Source: Clostridium sp. (GTDB lineage: Bacteria; Bacillota; Clostridia; Clostridiales; Clostridiaceae). From it: a DNA stretch of 64,000 nucleotides. The stretch's first letter is position 1. Each line of letters opens with the position of its first letter. The notes under the pieces are model-generated. The model searched no databases. It saw only the letters and a list, made by a program, of their open reading frames with translations, and was not told the origin of the DNA. The position numbers and the translations under genes were made by a program. The stretch is from the NCBI GenBank assembly GCA_028692255.1, contig JAQUXS010000001.1, positions 38,229-102,228 of the forward strand. The letters run 5' to 3'. Of this stretch, positions 29,845 to 39,102 are shown piece by piece.

Positions 29845-30594
29845 ATGAAAGAGCCTTTTTTTGAAAGTGATTATCAAGTTCATCACTATGAAGCTAACAG
29901 GAATGGCAAGGTATTTGTTACAAGTCTAATGGATTATCTGGAAGATAATGCTGTAAATCATGCTGAAAAATTAAATATAGGTATAGATTACCTTTTAAAA
30001 AATAAAATAGCCTGGGTAATTTATAAATGGGATGTCAAAATAAATAAATATCCAGTGGTTACAGAAAAGTTGAAGGTTAGAACAAAGCCGTATTCTATAA
30101 AAAGATTTTTTGCGTATAGGCAATATGAAATATTAAATTCAGAGGATGAAGTAATAGCATCAGCAAATTCGCTATGGTTTTTGATAGATACGGAAAGGAG
30201 AAGACCTACAAGAGTAAGCAAGGAAATGTATACAAAGTTTGGACTTACAATTGAGGATAATGATGAAATTGAGTTTGAAAAGCTCAAGGATCCTAAAGAC
30301 GCCAAATATGTAAAAGAATTTGAAGTTAGGTATTCGGATATAGATACAAATAATCACGTTAACAATGTTAAATATATAACTTGGGCACTTGAGTCTGTAC
30401 CTAAGAATATACTTAACAATTATAAGGTAAAAAGATTAAAAGTAAATTATGAAAAAGAAACAGCTTATGGTGAAATTGTAAAAATACTTTCTGAAATTAA
30501 AGAAAGTGAAGGTGAATATATAACTATAAGCAGAATATTAAACTCAGAGGGAGAAAAACTTACTCTTATAAAAATGATCTGGGATAAAAAATAA
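29845..30594 (+). CDS. Acyl-ACP thioesterase
   Basis: Double hotdog fold signature; RYSDIDTNNHVNNVKY. Confidence 0.9.
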   Translation: MKEPFFESDYQVHHYEANRNGKVFVTSLMDYLEDNAVNHAEKLNIGIDYLLKNKIAWVIYKWDVKINKYPVVTEKLKVRTKPYSIKRFFAYRQYEILNSEDEVIASANSLWFLIDTERRRPTRVSKEMYTKFGLTIEDNDEIEFEKLKDPKDAKYVKEFEVRYSDIDTNNHVNNVKYITWALESVPKNILNNYKVKRLKVNYEKETAYGEIVKILSEIKESEGEYITISRILNSEGEKLTLIKMIWDKK

Positions 30595-30595
30595 G

Positions 30596-31828
30596 TTAAT
30601 TTAATGCAGCACTTTTACCTGCAAGGTGGCCAGAACTCCATGCCCACTGTAGGTTAAAACCGCCGCAGTCTCCATCCACATCTAGAATCTCACCACAAAA
30701 GTATAGATTATCTATTATAGTGGACTCCATAGTTGAACTATCTACATATTTAGTGTCAATGCCACCAGCAGTAACCTGAGCATTAGAAAAGGAATTTGTG
30801 CCAGTAACAGTGAATTCCCAGTGCTTTAAAAGTTTTAATATATTGTTTCTTTCTTTCCAGCTAAGTTCATAGCAGGGTTTGTGTATGTTTTCAATGCCAG
30901 CTTCTTTTAAGAAAGTTGGTATTAATTTTTTGTTTAGTATACCTATAAAGGAATCAAAAACTGTTCTATAACTAAAGGTACCAAGATGATTTTCAATAAA
31001 AGCTTTTACCTTATCTGAGTCATATTTAGGCATCATATCTAAAATTATTTTCACATGACTTCCACTTTCAACGTTTGTACTTGCAATACGACTTAGCTGT
31101 AAAATAGGAGGACCTGATATGCCATAATTAGTAAATAGGATTTCTCCGTATTCACTTTGTTTAATATCATCATTTACTGAAATTGAAGCATTGCCATCAA
31201 ATTTTATTCCCGAAATTGATTTTAATTTGTCATAGTCTAATTTAAGCTGTACAAGTGATGGAAATGTCTTAAGTAGTTTATGACCAAGTGAACTTAAAAT
31301 TGAGTATATTGATCCATCAGAGCCACTAGCTGGTGCTGATTTACCTCCACAGGCAATTATAAGTTTTTCGCATTGTAAAAGTTCATCATTATTAGTGTAT
31401 ATTTTAAAAATATTTTTGCAACAGTCTATTTTTTTTACTTTATTATCTAAATATACAGGTATTGCCCTTTCGTCAATTGCAAGACGCATTATATCAAGAA
31501 CTGAAGAGGCTTGAAGGGACATTGGGTACATTTTACCGTCTTCAAGAGTTACAAGGGGTAAACCTAAAGAGTTAAAAAATAATTCTGTATCTTTGCAGCT
31601 AAAATTTTCTAGAGCAAAATTAAAAAAATTATTATTTTTACTATGATATCTTGAAAGTTCTATATGTTTATTAGTTATATTACAACGTCCATTTCCTGTA
31701 GTAAGAATTTTTTTGCCAACTCTATTATTGGATTCAACTATAGCAACATTTTTGCCAGAATCTTTTGCAGTTATAGCTGAAATGAGTCCTGAAGCACCTG
31801 CACCAATTACAATAATGTCATAATTCAA
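30596..31828 (-). CDS. HI0933/YhiN (BaiN-like) flavoprotein
   Basis: GAGASG, KILTTGNGRCNITN, FTNYGISGP, AQVTAGG, GGFNLQWAWSSG. Confidence 0.92.
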   Translation of the reverse strand: MNYDIIVIGAGASGLISAITAKDSGKNVAIVESNNRVGKKILTTGNGRCNITNKHIELSRYHSKNNNFFNFALENFSCKDTELFFNSLGLPLVTLEDGKMYPMSLQASSVLDIMRLAIDERAIPVYLDNKVKKIDCCKNIFKIYTNNDELLQCEKLIIACGGKSAPASGSDGSIYSILSSLGHKLLKTFPSLVQLKLDYDKLKSISGIKFDGNASISVNDDIKQSEYGEILFTNYGISGPPILQLSRIASTNVESGSHVKIILDMMPKYDSDKVKAFIENHLGTFSYRTVFDSFIGILNKKLIPTFLKEAGIENIHKPCYELSWKERNNILKLLKHWEFTVTGTNSFSNAQVTAGGIDTKYVDSSTMESTIIDNLYFCGEILDVDGDCGGFNLQWAWSSGHLAGKSAALN

Positions 31829-32011
31829 AATATAAACCTCCTCCTATAAGGAATAATTAATTAATTTTAAGTTCTATCTTTTATATTATATAGAGAATAT
31901 AAAAATATAAAACATATATAGTATAAACATTGGAATGTTATAATAATAATGCTATTATAACATTAGAGAGTTTATTTTGGGAATATTATAAAATTATTGG
32001 GAGGTAATAAA

Positions 32012-32383
32012 ATGGTTACTATTTATGCTGTTTCAGATTCTATTGGAGAAAGTGCAAAGGAGATAGCGGAAGCGGCTGCTAGTCAATTTGACTCTGAAAT
32101 TAAAGTAATAAGAGTAGGGGATATAAAAAGTGTTGAAGCTGCTGATAAATTTATAGACGAAATAGAGGATTCAGAGAATAGCGTTGTAATATCAACGATA
32201 CTTAAGGTAGATGTTAGAAAAGCTCTTACAAAAGGATGCATACGTAGAGAAATTGCAATAAATAATATTTTAGGACCAAGTATTGATATTATATCAAAGG
32301 TATTGAATAGAGAACCAGATTATAAACCTGAAGCTGTATGGAATATGGATTCAAAAAATTATGAAAAAATTAAATCCGAATAA
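32012..32383 (+). CDS. Half-length PPDK/PEP-synthase regulatory protein (YqfL/DUF299 N-terminal part)
   Basis: IYAVSDSIGESA start motif; ends before the P-loop of the ~270-aa family. Confidence 0.65.
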   Translation: MVTIYAVSDSIGESAKEIAEAAASQFDSEIKVIRVGDIKSVEAADKFIDEIEDSENSVVISTILKVDVRKALTKGCIRREIAINNILGPSIDIISKVLNREPDYKPEAVWNMDSKNYEKIKSE

Positions 32384-32557
32384 AAGTATAAAATATGAAT
32401 TGTATCCATATTTAGTTAAAAAATGCCGCTAAAAACTAAATAATTCAATAAAAAAGAAAAAATATTGATATTTATAAAAGTTTTTATTGACATGAGGGAC
32501 TTTTTTTTGTATTATATTTATTGTCAGGTCGTAGGACCGAGAAAAAATAAATAGCAA

Positions 32558-32632
32558 GGCCCCTTGGTCAAGCGGTTAAGACACCACCCTTTCACGGTGG
32601 TATCATGGGTTCAAATCCCGTAGGGGTCACCA
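32558..32632 (+). tRNA. tRNA-Glu(TTC)
   Basis: Cloverleaf, anticodon loop CTTTCAC, CCA end. Confidence 0.97.
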
Positions 32633-32641
32633 ATATTTTAT

Positions 32642-32717
32642 GGGCGCTTAGCTCAGCTGGGAGAGCATCTGCCTTACAAGCAGAGGGTCACAGGTTCGAG
32701 CCCTGTAGTGCCCACCA
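32642..32717 (+). tRNA. tRNA-Val(TAC)
   Basis: Cloverleaf, anticodon loop CTTACAA, CCA end. Confidence 0.97.
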
Positions 32718-32725
32718 TAAAATAT

Positions 32726-32802
32726 GGCTTGGTAGCTCAGCTGGTTAGAGTGCCGGCCTGTCACGCCGGAGGTCGAGGGTTCGATCCCCTTCCAAGTCGC
32801 CA
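32726..32802 (+). tRNA. tRNA-Asp(GTC)
   Basis: Cloverleaf, anticodon loop CTGTCAC, CCA end. Confidence 0.97.
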
Positions 32803-32809
32803 TATTTAA

Positions 32810-32884
<75 letters not shown>

Positions 32885-32885
<1 letters not shown>

Positions 32886-32916
32886 AACTTTCAAGATTTT
32901 CTTGAAAGTTTTTTTT
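32885..32916 (+). terminator. tRNA operon terminator
   Basis: AAACTTTCAAGA...TCTTGAAAGTTT plus T-run. Confidence 0.75.
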
Positions 32917-32936
32917 ATATCTATTTTTTGTTGGAT

Positions 32937-32990
32937 AAAAAGTGCTGCCGCACTAGCATAATATTTTATGTTAATGTAGCAGCACTTTTA
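32937..32990. repeat. REP-like palindrome copy
   Basis: AAGTGCTGCCGCACTAGCAT...ATGTTAATGTAGCAGCACTT. Confidence 0.6.
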
Positions 32991-33005
32991 AAAATTATAA
33001 GGAAA

Positions 33006-33989
33006 TTATTTTTTATAATTATTTTTTATTCTTATATCTTCACCATAAAATTTAAACAATTTAAAGTTTCCAAATAATCTTGAAATGGTTCTTTCAGAGT
33101 ATGACCTTGAAAGGGTATCAAAATCACAGTTTGACGAAACAAGCATTTTTTTATTTCTTAGAAGTTTTTTGTTTAAAAGATTAAAAAGTTCTGTTGATGA
33201 AAAAGAAGTTATTTGTTCGGTGCCAAGGTCATCAATAATAAGTAAATCACAATTTAAAATTAAATCTTCTAAAGATGAGTCATTATCAAATTTAATTTTC
33301 TTGAAATCTTGAATTAAATCATCTGCAGTTCTATATACTATAAGGAATCCTCTATCTAAAAGATCTTTTGCAATGCAGCTAGATAAAAATGTTTTTCCTG
33401 TGCCAGAATCTCCATAGAAAAACAAATTTGTATTTATCGAAGAAAAGTTTTTAAGATAGTTCATTATAGGTGGCATAATATTATCTTCCATGTTCTTCCG
33501 TGGGCTTTTAGGCGCATCATTAGTTTTGTGTGAAGAAAAATAGTCTATTTTAAAACTTTCAAAATTATTTTCTTTAAGAACATTGCTAAAAGCTGAATCT
33601 TTATAATATAAGGTTACAAGTTTTTGTTTGTAACAAGTACATTTCCTTGAACCGATATATCCGGTATCTTTACATTTAGGGCACCTGTAATGCATTGAAA
33701 CGTAATCTGCTGGATAGCCTTTTGAAACTAGAAGTTCAGATTTTTTTACTCTTAAGTCTGTAATTTGTTTTTTTATTTCTTTTAAATGAGAAGCTCTATT
33801 TTCAGTGTCTTTAAAAACATTTACAACAATGCTTATAGATAAACTGGCTATTTTTTTTTCAATTTTAAAGACCTCAGGAATTTTTTCTTCAATTTCGCTT
33901 TTTCTTTCCTTTAATGCTTTTTTTTCATTTGATCTTATATTTTCATAAATAGTAGTTATTTCTTTTGCGTAACTTTTAATCATTGTCAT
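33006..33989 (-). CDS. Replicative helicase loader ATPase (DnaC/DnaI/IstB-like)
   Basis: CPKCKDTG...CTC zinc motif, GDSGTGKT, IIDDLGTE. Confidence 0.88.
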   Translation of the reverse strand: MTMIKSYAKEITTIYENIRSNEKKALKERKSEIEEKIPEVFKIEKKIASLSISIVVNVFKDTENRASHLKEIKKQITDLRVKKSELLVSKGYPADYVSMHYRCPKCKDTGYIGSRKCTCYKQKLVTLYYKDSAFSNVLKENNFESFKIDYFSSHKTNDAPKSPRKNMEDNIMPPIMNYLKNFSSINTNLFFYGDSGTGKTFLSSCIAKDLLDRGFLIVYRTADDLIQDFKKIKFDNDSSLEDLILNCDLLIIDDLGTEQITSFSSTELFNLLNKKLLRNKKMLVSSNCDFDTLSRSYSERTISRLFGNFKLFKFYGEDIRIKNNYKK

Positions 33990-34956
33990 CCCATCCTAAT
34001 AATTTTTTCTCCAATTTGTCATAATCATAGGATCTTTGTTTGTAGCTGTTAAAAGTGGTTTTAGGGATAGTTTTTTGAGCAGTTTTTTTATAACTGGTCT
34101 TTTTTAAGTCTTTTGTGTCAATGTCTTTTATGGTTTTTATCCCAGATTTAAACCAGTTTGTTAAAATCGCATCCATGTATTTAAAATCGGCTTTATTTAT
34201 TCGGTTAAAACTTATGTCGCAAGCTCTATTTATTATTTCAGTAGAAAATCCGTAAGAATTAATCCATTTTTCTAGTATTTGTTCTTCAGGTTTTGAAACA
34301 TCACTATCATTTATTCCAAGATATTTAAGAATCGTTCTTATTTTTATCCATTTATCTTCGTGCTTTTTAATATAAAGTTGTGCTTTCTCAACGGTTAATA
34401 TGCTGTTATCTTGCCAGTTTATAGCTATTCTTTCAATATATCTATAATCGGTTTTGCCTTTTGAAGCACAGTATTCAATTAACAGTAAAATAAGTTCCGG
34501 TGGAAAGTTAAAATCATTAATCCAACTTATATACATTTGCATTTCTTTTGTTGAGAGAGGCCTTGCAAGTAATTTCTCAATATCTTGAAGTACATCCTTA
34601 ATTGAATTATTGTCCAGTTCTTTTAAAAGATCCATATTTTCATTTTTTTCACTTGAATCTTCTTCAAGATCTAAAAAGTCTATATTAAAATTGCCTACGT
34701 TATCTATAGGAATTAATTTCACAACACCTTCATCATTCCAATAATGCCAAGCATTCATAATATCGGTTTCAAGTAAGTGCAAAGTTCTAGCAAATAAACC
34801 TGATTTTACTCCAGGCTCTCCAGAGGTACAGTATTTTAATCCAAGCAAATATACTTTGACGTATTCGCCTCTAGCTTTGGGCATGTACTTATCTATAAAA
34901 ATATTACTGATGAGAGTATAGTTTTTCAAACTGTTTTTTAACATGAAAGTACTCGT
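33976..34956 (-). CDS. dnaD: DnaD-domain primosomal protein; the start may be ACG at 34956 (next ATG at 34944)
   Basis: SNIFIDKYMP...VKVYL, two DnaB_2 domains (YIERIAINW, YMDAILTNW); stop overlaps the loader gene start. Confidence 0.85.
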   Translation of the reverse strand, partial: TSTFMLKNSLKNYTLISNIFIDKYMPKARGEYVKVYLLGLKYCTSGEPGVKSGLFARTLHLLETDIMNAWHYWNDEGVVKLIPIDNVGNFNIDFLDLEEDSSEKNENMDLLKELDNNSIKDVLQDIEKLLARPLSTKEMQMYISWINDFNFPPELILLLIEYCASKGKTDYRYIERIAINWQDNSILTVEKAQLYIKKHEDKWIKIRTILKYLGINDSDVSKPEEQILEKWINSYGFSTEIINRACDISFNRINKADFKYMDAILTNWFKSGIKTIKDIDTKDLKKTSYKKTAQKTIPKTTFNSYKQRSYDYDKLEKKLLGWDDND

Positions 34957-35175
34957 ATATATCACCGCCTTTCTAAAATAAATACGCAATATATAGTACA
35001 CTTCATATAACATTATAACAAAATGTAGAGGATAAATTAATATATAAATAAATATATTTACAAAAGGATAACTTTAATTATGTTAACCATTAAGCAGGTA
35101 ATGTATGTATAATATTAAAATATGAGTATGGTATAATTAACTAAGTATTAATTTATTAGAAAATGGGGTGGATTC

Positions 35176-36414
35176 ATGAGAGCAGAAATTTTATCTGTTG
35201 GTACAGAACTTTTACTTGGAGATATACTTAACACAAATGCTAGATATATCGCAAGAGAACTTGCAGCTATTGGAGTTAATGTTTATTACCAGACAGTAGT
35301 AGGGGATAACCCTGAGAGGCTTAAAAAAGCATATCATGAGGCAGTTAATAGAGCAGATGTTGTTATAACCACTGGGGGTTTAGGACCAACAAAGGATGAT
35401 TTAACAAAGGAAATAGCAGCTGAATATTTTAATAAAAAGCTTATATTAGATCAAAAGTCTATGGATAAAATGCTTACTTATTTTAAAAATATAAATAGGA
35501 AACCAACTGAGAATAATAAAAAACAAGCTTATTTTCCAGAAGGATGCACTATTATAAAAAATGATAATGGAACTGCACCAGGATGTATTATTCAGGAAGA
35601 CAATAAAATAGTTATACTTTTACCAGGACCACCAAAAGAAATGAAACCAATGTTTGATGAAAGTGTAATCCCATTTCTTGAGAAATTTCAAAATGGTGTA
35701 CTTGTGTCAAAAGTTTTAAGAGTTTCAGGAATAGGGGAAAGTTCTGTAGATAGTGCTATAGGGTATATATTTGATAGAGAAAATCCTACTGTTGCTCCTT
35801 ATGCAAAGGACAATGAAGTACATCTTAGAATAACAGCAAAGGGTAAAGAAAAAGATGAAGCAGAGAAAATGATTGCACCAGTTGAAAAAGAAATACGTAA
35901 GGTGCTAAATGATATAAATGTTTATGGAGTTAACGATGAAACTATGGAAGACGTAGTTGCAAGAATGCTAATTGAGAATAAGCTTACTATATCAACTGCT
36001 GAATCATGTACAGGTGGACTTCTTGCAGGGAGAATAATAAATTACCCAGGAATTTCAGAAGTATTTATGGATGGGGCAGTAACTTATAGCAACAGTGCAA
36101 AGATGAGAATGCTTGGTGTAACTAAAGATACATTGAATAAGTTTGGAGCTGTAAGCAGCGAATGTGCAGGTGAGATGGCTTATGGAATTGCCAAAGCTTC
36201 AGGAACGGATATAGGAGTATCTACAACTGGACTTGCAGGTCCAGGAGGGGGAAGTTCAGAAAAACCAGTAGGACTTGTTTATATGGGTATTTATATAAAA
36301 GGTAAAGTTATAACAAAGAAGTTCAATTTTGCAGGAAATAGACAGAAGATAAGAGATAGAGCAGCATACTCAGCTTTGGATTTTTTAAGAAGAGCGATTA
36401 TACAAATAGTATAA
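35176..36414 (+). CDS. cinA: Competence/damage-inducible protein CinA (MoCF domain + NMN deamidase)
   Basis: VGTELLLG, GGLGPTKDD, AESCTGG, STTGLAGP. Confidence 0.95.
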   Translation: MRAEILSVGTELLLGDILNTNARYIARELAAIGVNVYYQTVVGDNPERLKKAYHEAVNRADVVITTGGLGPTKDDLTKEIAAEYFNKKLILDQKSMDKMLTYFKNINRKPTENNKKQAYFPEGCTIIKNDNGTAPGCIIQEDNKIVILLPGPPKEMKPMFDESVIPFLEKFQNGVLVSKVLRVSGIGESSVDSAIGYIFDRENPTVAPYAKDNEVHLRITAKGKEKDEAEKMIAPVEKEIRKVLNDINVYGVNDETMEDVVARMLIENKLTISTAESCTGGLLAGRIINYPGISEVFMDGAVTYSNSAKMRMLGVTKDTLNKFGAVSSECAGEMAYGIAKASGTDIGVSTTGLAGPGGGSSEKPVGLVYMGIYIKGKVITKKFNFAGNRQKIRDRAAYSALDFLRRAIIQIV

Positions 36415-36751
36415 CAATGAACAATGTACGAATGATCAATGATCAATAAAGGGCAATGAAAAATAAAAGAACATAAAAGGAACGTACAAGGTTTTTTATA
36501 CAATATAAGCATAGGTATCTATTAAATTAGTAGTAGACACCTGTGCTTATTTTTTTACAATAGGTTTGATTAGGCAACGTGCATATAAAATTTATATATT
36601 CTCAGTATTAGTATTATCCTAAAATTTAAAAAATTACTATAGGAATTGCCAGTTAAAATTAATCTAATCTATTTTAATTTACACATACCTACAGATGTTC
36701 TCATAGCCTTTATTTTTTATTGATCATTGATCATTGTTAATTGAGCATTGT
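36413..36751. repeat. Non-coding element bounded by heptamer-periodic terminal inverted repeats (MITE-like)
   Basis: AATGATCAATGATCAATAAA at 36431-36450 and its exact reverse complement at 36716-36735, each inside NNCAATG heptamer runs. Confidence 0.6.
36505..36556. terminator. Hairpin terminator between cinA and metF
   Basis: ATAAGCATAGGTATCTA...TAGACACCTGTGCTTAT plus T-run. Confidence 0.65.
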
Positions 36752-37621
36752 CTATGATTCTCTTATATTAGATATGTTTTTTACGATACTTTGAGCTATT
36801 TCAGGCTTATTCATAGTATATATATGTATGCCATCAGCACCTGAAGATATAAGATCTATTATTTGCTCTGTTGCGTAGGCAATGGCAGCTTCTTTTAACA
36901 CTTCAGGTTTATATTCATACTTATCAAGTAATCTTTTAAATTTAGAAGGAAGATAAGCACCACTTAAAGAAGCTATTTTTATAATTTGCTTTTTATTTAT
37001 TACAGGCATAATACCAACGGATATAGGTGTGTTTATATTCATAGAAATAAGTTTATCTTTAAAATCATAATATCTATCATTGTCGAAAAACAACTGAGTT
37101 ATTAGGAATTCTGCACCATTTGCTACTTTTAACTTTAAATTTGCTAAATCTTCATCAATGCTTTTACTTTCAACGTGACCTTCTGGGTAACAAGCAGCAC
37201 CTATTGAGAAGGTATTTTGAGATTTAATGTGTTTTATTAAATCACTTGCATGTTTATAAGATGAAGCAAAATTTTTATCAAAATCAGCTGGAATGTCGCC
37301 TCTTAAAGCTAAAACGTTATTTACGTTATTTGATTTTAAGTTGTTTAAAGTTTTATCTATATTTTCTTTTGATGAAGTTATACATGTTAGATGAGCAAGG
37401 GCTTCAATGTTGTACTTATTTTTAATAATTGATGCTATTTCAGTGGTCTTACTGTCAGTGGAGCCGGCGGCACCATAAGTTACACTTATAAAATCGGGAT
37501 TTAAAGCAGATAAAACATCTATAGTATTGTAGATACTTTGAAGACTTCCATCTTTTTTTGGAGGAAATATTTCAAATGAAATAACTGGTTTTTTATTGCT
37601 ATACATATCTTTAATTTTCAT
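36752..37621 (-). CDS. metF: Methylenetetrahydrofolate reductase
   Basis: SFEIFPPK, SVTYGA, AHLTC, LALRGD, ACYPEGH, ITQLFF, HIYTMN. Confidence 0.95.
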   Translation of the reverse strand: MKIKDMYSNKKPVISFEIFPPKKDGSLQSIYNTIDVLSALNPDFISVTYGAAGSTDSKTTEIASIIKNKYNIEALAHLTCITSSKENIDKTLNNLKSNNVNNVLALRGDIPADFDKNFASSYKHASDLIKHIKSQNTFSIGAACYPEGHVESKSIDEDLANLKLKVANGAEFLITQLFFDNDRYYDFKDKLISMNINTPISVGIMPVINKKQIIKIASLSGAYLPSKFKRLLDKYEYKPEVLKEAAIAYATEQIIDLISSGADGIHIYTMNKPEIAQSIVKNISNIRES

Positions 37622-37648
37622 TACAACCCATCCTTTAATTTTTTTAGC

Positions 37649-37686
37649 AAAAAAGACTGCTTTTCTTATAGGAAAAACAGTCTTTA
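37649..37686 (-). terminator. Riboswitch expression-platform terminator
   Basis: AAAGACTGTTTTTCCT...AGAAAAGCAGTCTTTTT on the minus strand between the aptamer and metF. Confidence 0.75.
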
Positions 37687-37710
37687 ACGTACACTCTCGA
37701 AAAATCCATT

Positions 37711-37819
37711 TTCCTATCTGTCAGAATAATTTACTCTGCAGGAATTAACACCAATACACCTTTTAAGTGTTGGTTGTCGGGTTTCATAGGGCCAGTCCCT
37801 CCACCTCTCTAGATAAGAA
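37711..37819 (-). ncRNA. SAM-I (S-box) riboswitch
   Basis: TTCTTATCTAGAGAGGTGGAGGGACTGGCCCTATGAAACCCGACAACC...GGTGTTAATTCCTGCAG...CTGACAGATAGGAA upstream of metF. Confidence 0.95.
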
Positions 37820-37908
37820 TTAATTATTAAAATTTGCTAATATAATTATACAACATAGTATAATTGATTATCAATAAATAGTTAGAAAATTAAAGATATT
37901 TTTTTCTT

Positions 37909-39102
37909 TTACTCAACACTTAGTGCATCTATTGGGCTGAGTTTTGAAGCTTTATTTGCAGGATACAGTCCGAATATTATACCTACAGTTACAGAAAATA
38001 CAAAAGAGGCAAGTATTACACTGCTGGATAGCTGCATAGATGTTCCTGTAGCTTCAATAATTTTACTGCCAATTATGCCGATTAATACTCCTAAAATTCC
38101 ACCTGTTCCACTTAAAACAGTAGCTTCAATTAAAAATTGCATGAGTATTGCCTGCCTTTTAGCACCAAGAGCTTTTCTTATACCAATCTCTCTCGTACGT
38201 TCTATAACAGAAACAAGCATTATATTCATAATTCCAATTCCACCAACTAAAAGTGAAATACATGCAATTCCAGCAAGTTCATTTGTAAGAGTGCTAGTAG
38301 TAGAAGTTGCAGTTTGAAGTAAACTTGTTTGGCTGAATATTCTAAAGTATTTATTTGTCTCAGTACTTGAAGAAGTTGTTGGTAAACTATATTTACTGTC
38401 AAGGAACATTTGCAAATATGACATTGCTGTGTTTACACTGCTTTCACTGGACGCTTGAACATAAAAGCTTTTTATCTGTGTTGTTTTTAAAATTCTCTGT
38501 GCTGTAGAGAGAGGAAGTATTACAGTGTCATCAGCAGAACCTTGAGAGCTTGATCCCATGGGCGTTAAAACTCCTACTATATTAAAATCTATACCATCAA
38601 TAGTGATTTCTTGTCCAACAACATTTGTGCTATTAAAAAGTTCTGTTGCTACATCGGTACCTATTACTGCAGATAAGTATCTGTTATCTACATCATTTTG
38701 ATTTATAAATCTGCCACTTTGAGTGGACATGTTTTTTATAGATTCAAAATTAGGCTCTACTGCTTGAAGCGATGTAGTAGCAGTTTGATCATTACCGGAT
38801 ATATTTACATTTTGGGAACTTAAAACCCTTGAGATATCTTTTATTCCGGGTTTTGATTTAAGCGCATTTAGTTCAGAATTTGAAATTTGTACAGTTCTAT
38901 CACCAGTTATGCTTACAGTTATAAGGTTTGTTCCCATACTTTGTATTGAATCTTGTACGGATTTTGTAGTACCTTGTCCTATTGATATTAAAATAATAAC
39001 TGAAGAAATACCTATAATTATGCCAAGCATTGTTAGGAAAGAACGAAGCTTATTGCTAACAACAGATTTTAATGACATCTTAAATAACTGAATTGCATTC
39101 AA
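37909..39102 (-). CDS. MacB/YknZ-like ABC permease
   Basis: RSFLTMLGIIIG, GGIGIMNIMLVSVIERTREIGIRKALGA; GGAGG RBS before TTG 39102. Confidence 0.92.
   Translation of the reverse strand: MNAIQLFKMSLKSVVSNKLRSFLTMLGIIIGISSVIILISIGQGTTKSVQDSIQSMGTNLITVSITGDRTVQISNSELNALKSKPGIKDISRVLSSQNVNISGNDQTATTSLQAVEPNFESIKNMSTQSGRFINQNDVDNRYLSAVIGTDVATELFNSTNVVGQEITIDGIDFNIVGVLTPMGSSSQGSADDTVILPLSTAQRILKTTQIKSFYVQASSESSVNTAMSYLQMFLDSKYSLPTTSSSTETNKYFRIFSQTSLLQTATSTTSTLTNELAGIACISLLVGGIGIMNIMLVSVIERTREIGIRKALGAKRQAILMQFLIEATVLSGTGGILGVLIGIIGSKIIEATGTSMQLSSSVILASFVFSVTVGIIFGLYPANKASKLSPIDALSVE

Noticed and set aside
34954-34956. Link between the dnaD ACG codon and tRNA-Thr(CGT) in the same window
   Set aside because: Initiation uses fMet-tRNA; the co-occurrence carries no information
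36413-36751. CRISPR array or iteron origin
   Set aside because: The units are adjacent 7-mers in inverted blocks, with no spacers and no cas or rep gene
37861-37877. FabT-like palindrome ATTGATTATCAAT upstream of metF
   Set aside because: It coincides with the probable -35 (TTGATA) of the metF promoter, is AT-rich and has no functional rationale
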